Both the position numbers and the translations under genes were made by a program. The notes under the pieces were generated by a model, which saw only the letters and a program-made list of their open reading frames with translations, had not been told where the DNA came from and did not search any database. A DNA stretch of 64,000 nt from an uncultured archaeon (GTDB lineage Archaea > Thermoplasmatota > Penumbrarchaeia > JASLWR01): assembly GCA_964342815.1 (NCBI GenBank), contig CAYFHS010000004.1, positions 1 through 64,000 on the forward strand, read 5' to 3'. Below are positions 28,908 to 37,848 of this stretch, in pieces. Numbering within the stretch: position 1 is the first letter of the stretch; the number at the start of each line of letters is the position of its first letter.

Positions 28908-29897
28908 TCAAATATTTTTATTATTCATCATATCGGTAACGATCTCGATGATCTTTCGGCAGTCATATTCGAGGCCGATCAGTTCATTTTCCAGCTCGTT
29001 TCGGTTAACGGTAACGTGTTTACAGGAATTATCTATCAATATCTTTTCAACTTTGTCACCCGATATTTCGAAAGTAATTCCCAGATCACCCCGATCGCCT
29101 GGAAAAATATGATGAAACAGGTACTCTCCTTCCCTAACCTTGATCTCCCGGCCAAGCTGCTTTACACCCCTTTGGTACATCCACCGTTCAGATGAATAGT
29201 GTTGATCCAGTTCCTTCATCTTTTCGCTGACCGCAGCGTCCATTGTCCCTTCGGCCATGTGGCCCAATAACTTGGAAAATTTTTCAATCAGTAATGAATA
29301 GATTTTTTCCTTCGGTGGAATGTATCCAAGTTCTTCCCGAACGGTTGTAAGATTTATTTTCATCTGCTCGATATACATTTGTTTTAACTTTCCGCCGCAT
29401 TTCAATGCCCTTGCCATGGTTTCACGATCGAAATCAAGCATTATACCCCCTGCCAGCACCCTGCAGTTCCCGATCTCCCCTCCGCCGTTGCCCGATATCT
29501 TTTTTGTACCCACCACAAGATCGCATATAGGGCGGTAAACTGCTTCAATTCCTATCTCTCTCATTGTCTCGGTTACAGGCTGGAGGAATTTTCTGAAAAA
29601 ATTCTCGGGTATCTTCGGAACACCTTCCCGGTCTCGCTTCAGAATCAGATTGAAGAATATCTGTCTCGAGTCCAGCAGCACCGTACCGCCGCCGATCTCC
29701 CTTCTGAATATACCAATATCGTTATCCTTGCAGTATTCAAAGTCGATCTCATCCCGGGGGTCCTGGTGAAGACCAAGTGATACGTATCTGCCACCCGGGG
29801 AATCCAGCACCAGCCCCTCCATGTCCAACAGGGCCATGGCGTGGTATATCAGCTGGGTCTCTTTCCAGTTGGTTTCACCGAGATTATAATATTTCAT
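28908..29897 (-). CDS. Lipoate-protein ligase, sLpl(AB)-like
   Basis: W.ETQLIYHAMA...YVSLGLHQD...FRREIGGGTVLLD...KKISGNG; short C-terminal domain. Confidence 0.82.
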   Translation of the reverse strand: MKYYNLGETNWKETQLIYHAMALLDMEGLVLDSPGGRYVSLGLHQDPRDEIDFEYCKDNDIGIFRREIGGGTVLLDSRQIFFNLILKRDREGVPKIPENFFRKFLQPVTETMREIGIEAVYRPICDLVVGTKKISGNGGGEIGNCRVLAGGIMLDFDRETMARALKCGGKLKQMYIEQMKINLTTVREELGYIPPKEKIYSLLIEKFSKLLGHMAEGTMDAAVSEKMKELDQHYSSERWMYQRGVKQLGREIKVREGEYLFHHIFPGDRGDLGITFEISGDKVEKILIDNSCKHVTVNRNELENELIGLEYDCRKIIEIVTDMMNNKNI

Positions 29898-30221
29898 TCA
29901 TTGACCCCGTAATAAAGAAATTTATTTTTTTTTCTTAGCACCAAACAATTTTCTTTTGATCCTGCGGTAATTCATTACTATCAAACATATGAGGCAGTAA
30001 TAACCGCCCATGCAATCTCGGCCGCATCGATAAGGCCTGTAGCTCATTTTCATATCTCCATGATGTTTTCGGCGGATATTTCAGTATTACCTATTCATAT
30101 TAGAAATTCATGTCTGGTAACTATGTCTGTCGATCCGGATGCTCTATGAATTTTCTGCGTGTGCTTATCCCGCTAAATCCCTTTTCAAAATAATCCACTT
30201 GTTATTAAAGTTCGAATTATC

Positions 30222-31118
30222 TTAAAAGTAAGTCTGAATTATAGTATGTGCAATGAATCCCAGGTTTATCAGGAACATGGCCAGCATCACCATACCCAGC
30301 GAACGGCCGCATTTCATGGGAGCTATGTCATTTTTTATGGATAACTGGCTGAACAATAAGGTTGCTCCACCAAGTATTGCAAAGACCAGGAAAACAATGC
30401 TCATCTCAAGCAAAACGAACAACCAACCCAGCGCCCCGATGGTGAGGAGCGCGAAAATGAAGCCGATGCTTGCCAGACGTTCCCTACCCATGAGCACCCC
30501 GAAGGTATTTGGTGAATACAGTTTATCCCCCTCATAATGCAGTATATTTTCCGGAACATCCAGGCACATTTCCCAGAAGAACACGAAGGCAAATAATCCA
30601 ACCATGATCCAGTCGAAGGGAGCCAGAGCGATCCATACTCCCACCGGTATGAGAGCCGCGGCAAGACTCAGCAGGAAATTATGTTTGTACCATGCTGCAT
30701 ATATTATCATGATCAATATACATGCGCCCTGTATCGACGTGCTCAACGGGTCCTGAAATGCTATCCACCATAGTGCAATACCTATAACGATCATCACGAT
30801 GGAGAAGACGTATGCGGACCTGGGTGACACTCTTCTCGAGGGCAGAGGTCGGGCCGCATTCACAATTGAATCTTCACGGATACCTATCCAGTCATTCAGT
30901 ACGTAGATCCCGGTGACCGAAGCCCAGTATCCCACAGCCCAGATGACGGTATTGAACCGTAAGAATTCTTTCATTGATCCGTCATCCCTAGTGAATATTG
31001 CCAATAGACCAGGTACCAGACCGATAAAGAAACATGCCAGCCACCAACCGGGCCTCAGGAGCTCAATGTATGCGACAAAACCTTTTTTCCCTTCTTCTGC
31101 CATATTATCCCTTTTCAA
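30222..31118 (-). CDS. UbiA-family prenyltransferase
   Basis: ELLRP, NDWIGIREDSIVNAARPLPS (first Asp-rich motif region), D..GDK second motif; about 8 TM. Confidence 0.85.
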   Translation of the reverse strand: MKRDNMAEEGKKGFVAYIELLRPGWWLACFFIGLVPGLLAIFTRDDGSMKEFLRFNTVIWAVGYWASVTGIYVLNDWIGIREDSIVNAARPLPSRRVSPRSAYVFSIVMIVIGIALWWIAFQDPLSTSIQGACILIMIIYAAWYKHNFLLSLAAALIPVGVWIALAPFDWIMVGLFAFVFFWEMCLDVPENILHYEGDKLYSPNTFGVLMGRERLASIGFIFALLTIGALGWLFVLLEMSIVFLVFAILGGATLLFSQLSIKNDIAPMKCGRSLGMVMLAMFLINLGFIAHTIIQTYF

Positions 31119-31264
31119 TCAAATTTATATGTTTGTGTAATATGAAATCAAACCCTACTTCGACCATTGGGCATGAGTTTACAGTAAATAACCTTTTCGA
31201 ATATTTCGTAAAAAAATGATTATTCATCATAGTTTTTATGTTGTATTCTATTATGGTTGGATAA

Positions 31265-32184
31265 CTACAACGCGAGAATTCCTGCATTATAAAACAGCAG
31301 CGAACCATTCCCTATAAACAAAAAGATCGATAAAACCAGAATTGCAAAATAACCTCCCTTGAAATCCAATCGGCGTAAGAAATATATGTAACTTACGATC
31401 TGGGCAATTGCTATGGGTACGGCCAATGGCAGGAACTTCATGTCCACGATATAATCCATAAAACACATTAGAAGGACCAGCGACGAAGCGATGGTGATAC
31501 ATGCCACGCCCATATAATAGACCTTTTTTTCCCGAAACGGACCGCTATTGTGCTAATGTTCTCGCTGATGTCGGGTTCATAATCGATAATGGTGGTTGGC
31601 ATGTATATCGCCCCCACCCCAAAAAAACTTATGAAGGCCCACAAAACTGGAAATTCGTTAATGGGTTTGATGATGGTCCACCCTGCGAGAGTACATATCA
31701 CCCCGGCACCGATGGCATTTGTGAGAAAGTCCAATACGGGTCTCTCCTTCAATCTGAAAGGGGGGGCTGAATAAAGGAACGAAAGGATTATACAGCTGAG
31801 AATGAAGAGGAGAAATAACATGGAGATGAAAATGGCTACCAAGCATGCGATAAAAAAGAAGAAAAGGGATACATACAATATCGATCTCGGTTTCAGAAGA
31901 CCCCTTATCAACGGCAGTCCCACCTTTCTTCGATTACCGGTATCATAACGGGCGTCCCAGTAATCGTTAAGAAGTATTGTGGCATCGCCCAGAAAAGGCC
32001 CGATGGCAATGATACTGGAAATAAACAACCATAATCCGGAGTATGCCGGAAGAATCCTCTTTGAGGCTAGTGACCAGCCAATATAGAATGGCATTATGGA
32101 AACACCCCAGAAGAGAGGTGCCATTTGCCTGGTATACCGTCGTATAATCTGAATTGGACTGAGTAAGGTATTTATCAAAGTCAT
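31265..32184 (-). pseudogene. UbiA-family prenyltransferase broken by a one-base frameshift in an A7 run (real or sequencing error)
   Basis: ORF 31468-32184 has NDYWDARYD...K, YSAPP.RLKERP and D...D...I.T.AVRFG. ORF 31265-31513 supplies the last TMs. Adding one A at 31524-31530 gives RFGKKKVYYMGVAC and a 306-aa product. Confidence 0.75.
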
Positions 32185-32209
32185 AATTATCCGATTGTAT
32201 TTTTGTTGA

Positions 32210-32425
32210 TTAGATGGATTTGGCAACAATATCGGTGACGTCCATTATGTTCATTCTGAACTTTTCACCTTTCTTTTTCATCTTTTCCTTCTTCAACTCC
32301 ACCGCAATTCCCATCTGGGCTTTACAATTCGGGCAGCTTGATACAAAGGTTTTTGCTCCGAGTTCTATCGCCTCTTCGATCTTGCGCGCAGAGATATCGG
32401 TACTCAGATCATAATTTACCGCCTT
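32210..32425 (-). pseudogene. C-terminal fragment of a CCG-domain Fe-S oxidoreductase (GlcF/HdrD-like); absent from the ORF track
   Basis: Manual translation KAVNYDLSTDISARKIEEAIELGAKTFVSSCPNCKAQM...MDVTDIVAKSI*. This is the typical end of a CCG domain (CxxC). No start codon; an in-frame TAG lies just upstream. Confidence 0.75.
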
Positions 32426-32526
32426 GCGCCCCTATACTCCCGAATACCCCCCAGGTCAGACTGCACCTTGCTGATTATTTCGTCCTCGTCTCTGTATATT
32501 TCTATGGATACCAGCGATTCTTCCAT
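32416..32526 (-). pseudogene. Short ORF (36 aa), probably the truncated 5' part of a small acidic protein
   Basis: GGAGG RBS then MEESLVSIEIYRDEDEIISKVQSDLGGIREYRGARR*; ends at the junction with the CCG fragment. Confidence 0.5.
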
Positions 32527-32553
32527 GTAAGCCCTCCTTTACAGCTTTCAAGC

Positions 32554-32583
32554 ATTGGTCATATGTTTATTGGTCATATGTTT
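32554..32583. repeat. Perfect 15-bp tandem duplication
   Basis: ATTGGTCATATGTTT at 32554-32568 and 32569-32583. Confidence 0.9.
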
Positions 32584-32676
32584 GTAAATTTTTTATTATA
32601 CTAATGTAGTATTTTCATTTTTTGGTTATATTCAAGATTTTCCAACCAATGTATTGTTATTTTCGGGGCTGGCATT

Positions 32677-32864
32677 TTCACCTACTTTCTTGTGAACGGG
32701 TATGGATTCTCCGGTCACCATGGATTCGTCCACATAGCTCTCGCCAGATATAATCTCCCCGTCAGTGGCGTATCGCTCCCTGGTTTCACCATCACCACAC
32801 CCCCCACCTCGATGTTCTCCATTAGAATTTTCATTTCCGCCTCGTTCCTGATGACGATGGCTGT
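32677..32864 (-). pseudogene. Internal fragment of a P1B-type heavy-metal ATPase (CopA-like actuator domain), frameshifted
   Basis: TAIVIRNEAEMKILMENIEVGGVVMVKPG, a frameshift at 32778-32780, then ERYATDGEIISGESYVDESMVTGESIPVHKKVGE (TGES motif). No other ATPase domains nearby. Confidence 0.8.
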
Positions 32865-32891
32865 GAAAGCAAGAACAATGTATGGACCCTC

Positions 32892-35800
32892 TCAAGAATA
32901 TCGGCCCTTCTCTTTCATGACCTCATATAGCAATAACTTTTGAAGTTTCGGATCATCTTTCGAATCATACCTGATATTGCAGTTCGGGCAGGAAGGATCG
33001 TCCTCATATATCACCGCATCACATATGAAACAATGATATTCGATTTCACATTTTTTCTCCAATATCTCGAAGTCATAATACGGCTTGACGTAACGACCAG
33101 TACCCTTGGGAATTTCCCCGGTTGGTGAATCCGAATTCTCCTCCCTTTCATCAGATTCAAATCTCATACCACAGTTGGGACAAAAATCCATTCGTTCTTC
33201 AACCCCACTATCACAATAAGCACAAAAGTATTCCAATTCAACACCGTCATCTGTCCCGGTGGCATCCTCATGCTCCTCCTTTATTCCCACAGCGACATCA
33301 TCTTGTTCATGCTCTTGCGGTGCCTCCTGCTCCTGGTCCTGCGTCGGTGCTTCCTCTATTGCCCCGGCATCGGGTGCAACAACCACAGCATATTCCCCGC
33401 TCTCCACAACGGTCCCATCAGGTCCAACCACAGAAGGCGATCTCTCTTTCATCTCGGCTTCCAACTCTTCGAGATCCAAGACCATCAGGTCCAACTCCCG
33501 GACAACCTCCGAATAATTACCTTCCTCAAGTGACATCTTGCTCGAGAGTAGCCTTTCCCGAAGTCGAACGGCACGGGAGTCCTTTTCATCAGCAAACCGT
33601 TCAAGTCGTTCCTCAACACCACCTATCTTTCCAGTATAGGGGGTCTTTTTCCATTTTTTCCTTTTCGCATCAAGTGACATCTCAATACCTTTCAGGGTAC
33701 CCACTGCTTCCAGGTACTTCTTTTCATTCATAAGTCCCTCAATCATGGACAGGAATTCTTGTTCCACCTGGACATCTTCATTCAACCGGACTGCCTCATT
33801 TATGGCTTCAAGGACCTTTTCGATACCATCCTCCAAAACCTCCCGGAGTTTATCTTTCACTCTGTCCTTCAACTTATCACTTTTCAGCGTTTCCAGAACA
33901 ATGACCGGTTCTCTTTCTCCCACATCCCCGGGTCCCACGTCAACAATGTCAATATCCCCTTCCTCCACATCTTCGAGAACTGCCTCTCCGATGGCTTCAA
34001 CATTAGTCCTCTCCAAAGACCTTGACCTTTTCCGGGGCCTGAAAATAATCAGCATAACGAGTAATGCCAGAACCAGCATAACCACTATAATGATCACATA
34101 ATCGTTTCCGGTATCCCCTGAGCGTACATCAGTTGAAACATCTATCTCATGGAATTCCACAACGGGATTTCCATTCTCATCCTCTCCATTGTAGACCACC
34201 AGCACATCAACTTTCCCGTCTCCATCTGTGTCTATGGTGACCATCTGACCCAGCCTGACCTCTACGCTCTTTGCCTGGTCAATATCAATGGTCACACGAT
34301 AAGGGGTTGATGTGGTCACCAGCACCTCCATCACATCCCCCCCGACCTGAACATCCCGGGGAACATCTTCAAGGAAGGTCATTTCTGTTGTTTCCTGGGG
34401 TTCATCGGGTTCAGAAACCCCTATATCATGAAGCTCATCAAGTTCCCTTTCGGTATATGGCGACATCAGAAGGGCCGATTCCTCCTCGGGCCACCAGGTG
34501 ACATTCATAGGAGTCTCGATATCTATGGCAATGACTCCCTCTCCAATTGTATATGCTATCCCCTCCAGCCTTCTTTCCAAAGTCCATACATAGTTCCCCG
34601 TCTCCACGGGCATCTCGAAAGTCGCCACCCCTGTATTATCCGTCATGGCAGAATAGGTTCTAAAGGTTCGGGTCGATGTCTCAAGTTCCAGAACAGCACC
34701 AATGATGGAGGTCCCATCAGCCCACATGAATGGCCCAAGGGAAAGGCCCGTCACCTTCATACCAATGACGGTCACCTGGAGATGATCGCATCCCCACATG
34801 CCCGCCTCGTCCCACACGGTGAGGGTGATGTTATATATTCCGCAAATGTTGAAGGTGAAGAATGCTTTCATGCCGTGAAGGACCACCGGACTGTTGTTGT
34901 ATTCAAAGGTCCAGACATAGGAAACTATTCCCACATCATCTTCACATCCCCCTCCATCAAGGATAATCACACTTCCCACCTCAACCTCCATATCCAGGCC
35001 GGCCATCGCCGTTGGAAAGACAATGTCATTCACAGTGACCATGAGCCAGTCAACATGCCCATTCCCCGAACTATCCTCAACATACAATAGAATATTGTAC
35101 ACCCCTGGAATATTGAAGGTATAATTCACCGATTCACCCTGGAGTGTTATAATATTATCATCATAGATGAATGTCCAGGTGAAATTCACTATTCCCACAT
35201 TGTCCAGGCTTCCCCGGGCACTGAGAGCCACCGTTTCGAACTGGTTCACCTCCACATCCTCACCTGCATCTGCAAAAGGGATGGTTATATCCAGCACGTT
35301 GACGGATAGGGTCCCCGATGAACGGTGGCTTGCCATGTCCTGGATCTGAAGGGTGACCCGGTATACTCCAGGTATGTCAAATCTGTAATCCCAACATTCG
35401 CCGTAAAGTGTGATCTCTTCATCATTGTATTCAAAGGTCCAGGTGTGATTGGCAATGATTCCTGGCTGGGGGTCTGAACATCTACTCCCATTCAACAGGA
35501 CAAGGGTTCCTTCATCCACAGTGATATTGTCTAGAACCACCATGGGAGATGCCGTATCCACCGCCACCGATGCCTGTCCCCACATGGGTCCACCCTCCAC
35601 ATTGCCCGAATGGTCCCTGCTCCTTGAACAGAACTCGTAGATACCATCGCCATCGGGAACACTGAAGTTCCATTCATACGGTGGCAAAGCATCTGGTCCG
35701 CCAAAAGGCATCCAGGGTTCCCACGTAATATTGTCAAGAGAATGGCGGTAAAGGAGCTCAACCTCAAAAATACCCGTTCCCACATCACCTCCATTCACAG

Positions 35801-37229
35801 AAATGTTGAAATGACCTGACTGCCAGTATGGTGACAAGGAGAGCACACTGGAAACGGGTGGTGCAAACTCGTTCCAGGGATGGAAATTGACATAGTCGCA
35901 AACATTATCGCCCTGACCCTTGGCATTGTATATCGAATGAAAGGGTCCTGTATCATCACCCCACCAGTTGTTCGTGCCATTCAATATCCCCGTCCCCTCG
36001 TTCCTCATACCAAAAAGAGTATTGTTGTCAAGAGTATTGTTCTCTATTAATATTCCATCACACCCGGTGATTCCACCCTCCTCCTGGGACCGCTTGCAAA
36101 TATGAATGCCAATATCATTGTCGGTTATTTCATTGTTTGAAATATAAATATTGCAGTTCCCACCCCCACCTGTTCCATTCACACCCGAGGTGTCATCGAA
36201 TTGTATTCCTGCCGTACCTTTGGATAGAACATTTTCCATCACGGAAATATCCCTCATCAATGGCATTCCCGACATACCCTGATGTTTTCGGAGCTTCAAT
36301 CCCCTCTCGGCACCGGTGACGACATTTGATGTGATGGATATATTACCAAGGATCGGGGCGCCCACAGGCTCACCGTGTCCAGTGCAGTTCAGATTGATGG
36401 CCCACAAATAGATGGCGCCCCAGCTGAAAGGACCTGTGATATCATTATCCGATATGCTCACACCGTCCACCACGGCAGCCAGAGACGTGGAGGTGTGGGC
36501 CTGGAGAAGAATTCCCATATACGGATGAGTATGTGACGCGGTGGCGATGACGTTATTTGATATGGTAGAATTGCAGACATTGGTGAGTTCCAGACCTGCC
36601 CAAATGCCATCGGTGTGATCAACAACATTGTTCCTGACAGTCCAGTTATTAAAGATAGTCCCTGCGCAGTTCCCCACGAGTATCCCATTGTAACTGAGGT
36701 TGTGCATGTAGTTATCCTTTACTACGATGTTGTGATTTGGTGCATCATTCCATGCACATATGGCACACCCCCTGTCACCACCATAATTTTGAAACTCGAA
36801 CCCTTCCACAGTGATATTGGAAACCCCTCCCTCGAACATGATCGCCTTTCCCTCGGCCCCACCACCATCAAGGACCGGGGCAGAGGGTCCTGGACCCGGG
36901 GTGATATCACCAGGGTCGCCCCGTAGTGTCAATTCCCGGTCTATTGTGATAAATTCATCGTATATACCCGACTTTACAACAATAGTGTCCCCGTTGCTTG
37001 CGTTATCAATGGCATCCTGAATGTTGTTGAAATCAGCAGGACCATCATCATCAACAGTGATGGTAGCCCGGGTAAGACCTGTGGGGCCTTCCGGACCTGG
37101 GACGGGTGATGATTTTCCATTATGAAGGGCAACACTGACATCGTCGGTGGATAATTCCAACTGGACCATCCCAAAAAATGTGTTTGCCAGCAGGGATGCA
37201 ACCAATATCATCATGAATATTCTTGCCAT
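32892..37229 (-). CDS. Large cell-surface protein: signal peptide, NosD/pectin-lyase-like beta-helix, Ig/FN3-like domain, three PKD domains, TM anchor, cytoplasmic helical region and two zinc ribbons
   Basis: ADFNNIQDAIDNA..GDTI.V..G.Y; WWGDDTGP; three W(T)FEY/IY PKD repeats; IIIVVMLVLALLVMLIIF followed by RPRKRSR; CAYC..CPNC and CFIC..CPNC. Confidence 0.85.
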   Translation of the reverse strand: MARIFMMILVASLLANTFFGMVQLELSTDDVSVALHNGKSSPVPGPEGPTGLTRATITVDDDGPADFNNIQDAIDNASNGDTIVVKSGIYDEFITIDRELTLRGDPGDITPGPGPSAPVLDGGGAEGKAIMFEGGVSNITVEGFEFQNYGGDRGCAICAWNDAPNHNIVVKDNYMHNLSYNGILVGNCAGTIFNNWTVRNNVVDHTDGIWAGLELTNVCNSTISNNVIATASHTHPYMGILLQAHTSTSLAAVVDGVSISDNDITGPFSWGAIYLWAINLNCTGHGEPVGAPILGNISITSNVVTGAERGLKLRKHQGMSGMPLMRDISVMENVLSKGTAGIQFDDTSGVNGTGGGGNCNIYISNNEITDNDIGIHICKRSQEEGGITGCDGILIENNTLDNNTLFGMRNEGTGILNGTNNWWGDDTGPFHSIYNAKGQGDNVCDYVNFHPWNEFAPPVSSVLSLSPYWQSGHFNISVNGGDVGTGIFEVELLYRHSLDNITWEPWMPFGGPDALPPYEWNFSVPDGDGIYEFCSRSRDHSGNVEGGPMWGQASVAVDTASPMVVLDNITVDEGTLVLLNGSRCSDPQPGIIANHTWTFEYNDEEITLYGECWDYRFDIPGVYRVTLQIQDMASHRSSGTLSVNVLDITIPFADAGEDVEVNQFETVALSARGSLDNVGIVNFTWTFIYDDNIITLQGESVNYTFNIPGVYNILLYVEDSSGNGHVDWLMVTVNDIVFPTAMAGLDMEVEVGSVIILDGGGCEDDVGIVSYVWTFEYNNSPVVLHGMKAFFTFNICGIYNITLTVWDEAGMWGCDHLQVTVIGMKVTGLSLGPFMWADGTSIIGAVLELETSTRTFRTYSAMTDNTGVATFEMPVETGNYVWTLERRLEGIAYTIGEGVIAIDIETPMNVTWWPEEESALLMSPYTERELDELHDIGVSEPDEPQETTEMTFLEDVPRDVQVGGDVMEVLVTTSTPYRVTIDIDQAKSVEVRLGQMVTIDTDGDGKVDVLVVYNGEDENGNPVVEFHEIDVSTDVRSGDTGNDYVIIIVVMLVLALLVMLIIFRPRKRSRSLERTNVEAIGEAVLEDVEEGDIDIVDVGPGDVGEREPVIVLETLKSDKLKDRVKDKLREVLEDGIEKVLEAINEAVRLNEDVQVEQEFLSMIEGLMNEKKYLEAVGTLKGIEMSLDAKRKKWKKTPYTGKIGGVEERLERFADEKDSRAVRLRERLLSSKMSLEEGNYSEVVRELDLMVLDLEELEAEMKERSPSVVGPDGTVVESGEYAVVVAPDAGAIEEAPTQDQEQEAPQEHEQDDVAVGIKEEHEDATGTDDGVELEYFCAYCDSGVEERMDFCPNCGMRFESDEREENSDSPTGEIPKGTGRYVKPYYDFEILEKKCEIEYHCFICDAVIYEDDPSCPNCNIRYDSKDDPKLQKLLLYEVMKEKGRYS

Positions 37230-37243
37230 TTCATCACCAAATA

Positions 37244-37837
37244 TTAACCTTGAAAAATATCAGAAAATACCTTGATATTAAACCCGGAAAATACCTTGTA
37301 AAATAATTTATGGAAGTGGTAATATATTAAAATACCTAAATTATTTAAAAAGTATTTACCATTGACCCACAATTTCACATCTACCTGATAACTTGCCAAT
37401 GTACCATCAAGGGTGTACTTCATTAGAATATACTTGTACATATTAATGGTATTTTCAGGAGGATCAATTCCGTTTTCAACCATCCATTTACGTATCTCTT
37501 CCCAGTATTCATGGAAAGGAATATCAACGTGACAAATAGTCTCACATCGGCTGCAAAGTGTGCAGGTAAATATCTTCGTCATTGCCTCTTCAAGAGAAAT
37601 TTTCCCTTTCCCGGTGAGGATATCGGCTATCTTTTTTCCCAGTATTTTATCGAGGAAACTGTTCTTGCTGATGAGATGTTTTAAAAGATACACCTTTCCC
37701 CGGGGGGTGAATGATTCCCAACCGGTTTCGCGGTATATTGGACAAACAGCCTTGCAGTATCCGCATTGCAGACATGCATAGATGTCATCAAGATGAGGGG
37801 GCTTATTTCGAACGAGATCTATTTTCTCCTTTCCCAT
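37244..37837 (-). pseudogene. N-terminal 2x[4Fe-4S] part of a GlcF/HdrD-like Fe-S oxidoreductase, truncated before the CCG domains
   Basis: CLQCGYCKAVCP...PRGK and CTLCSRCETICHVDI. Family-like sequence stops near 37430, after which the ORF runs on in AT-rich, non-family-like sequence. Confidence 0.75.
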
Positions 37838-37848
37838 AGAGAGTCTCC

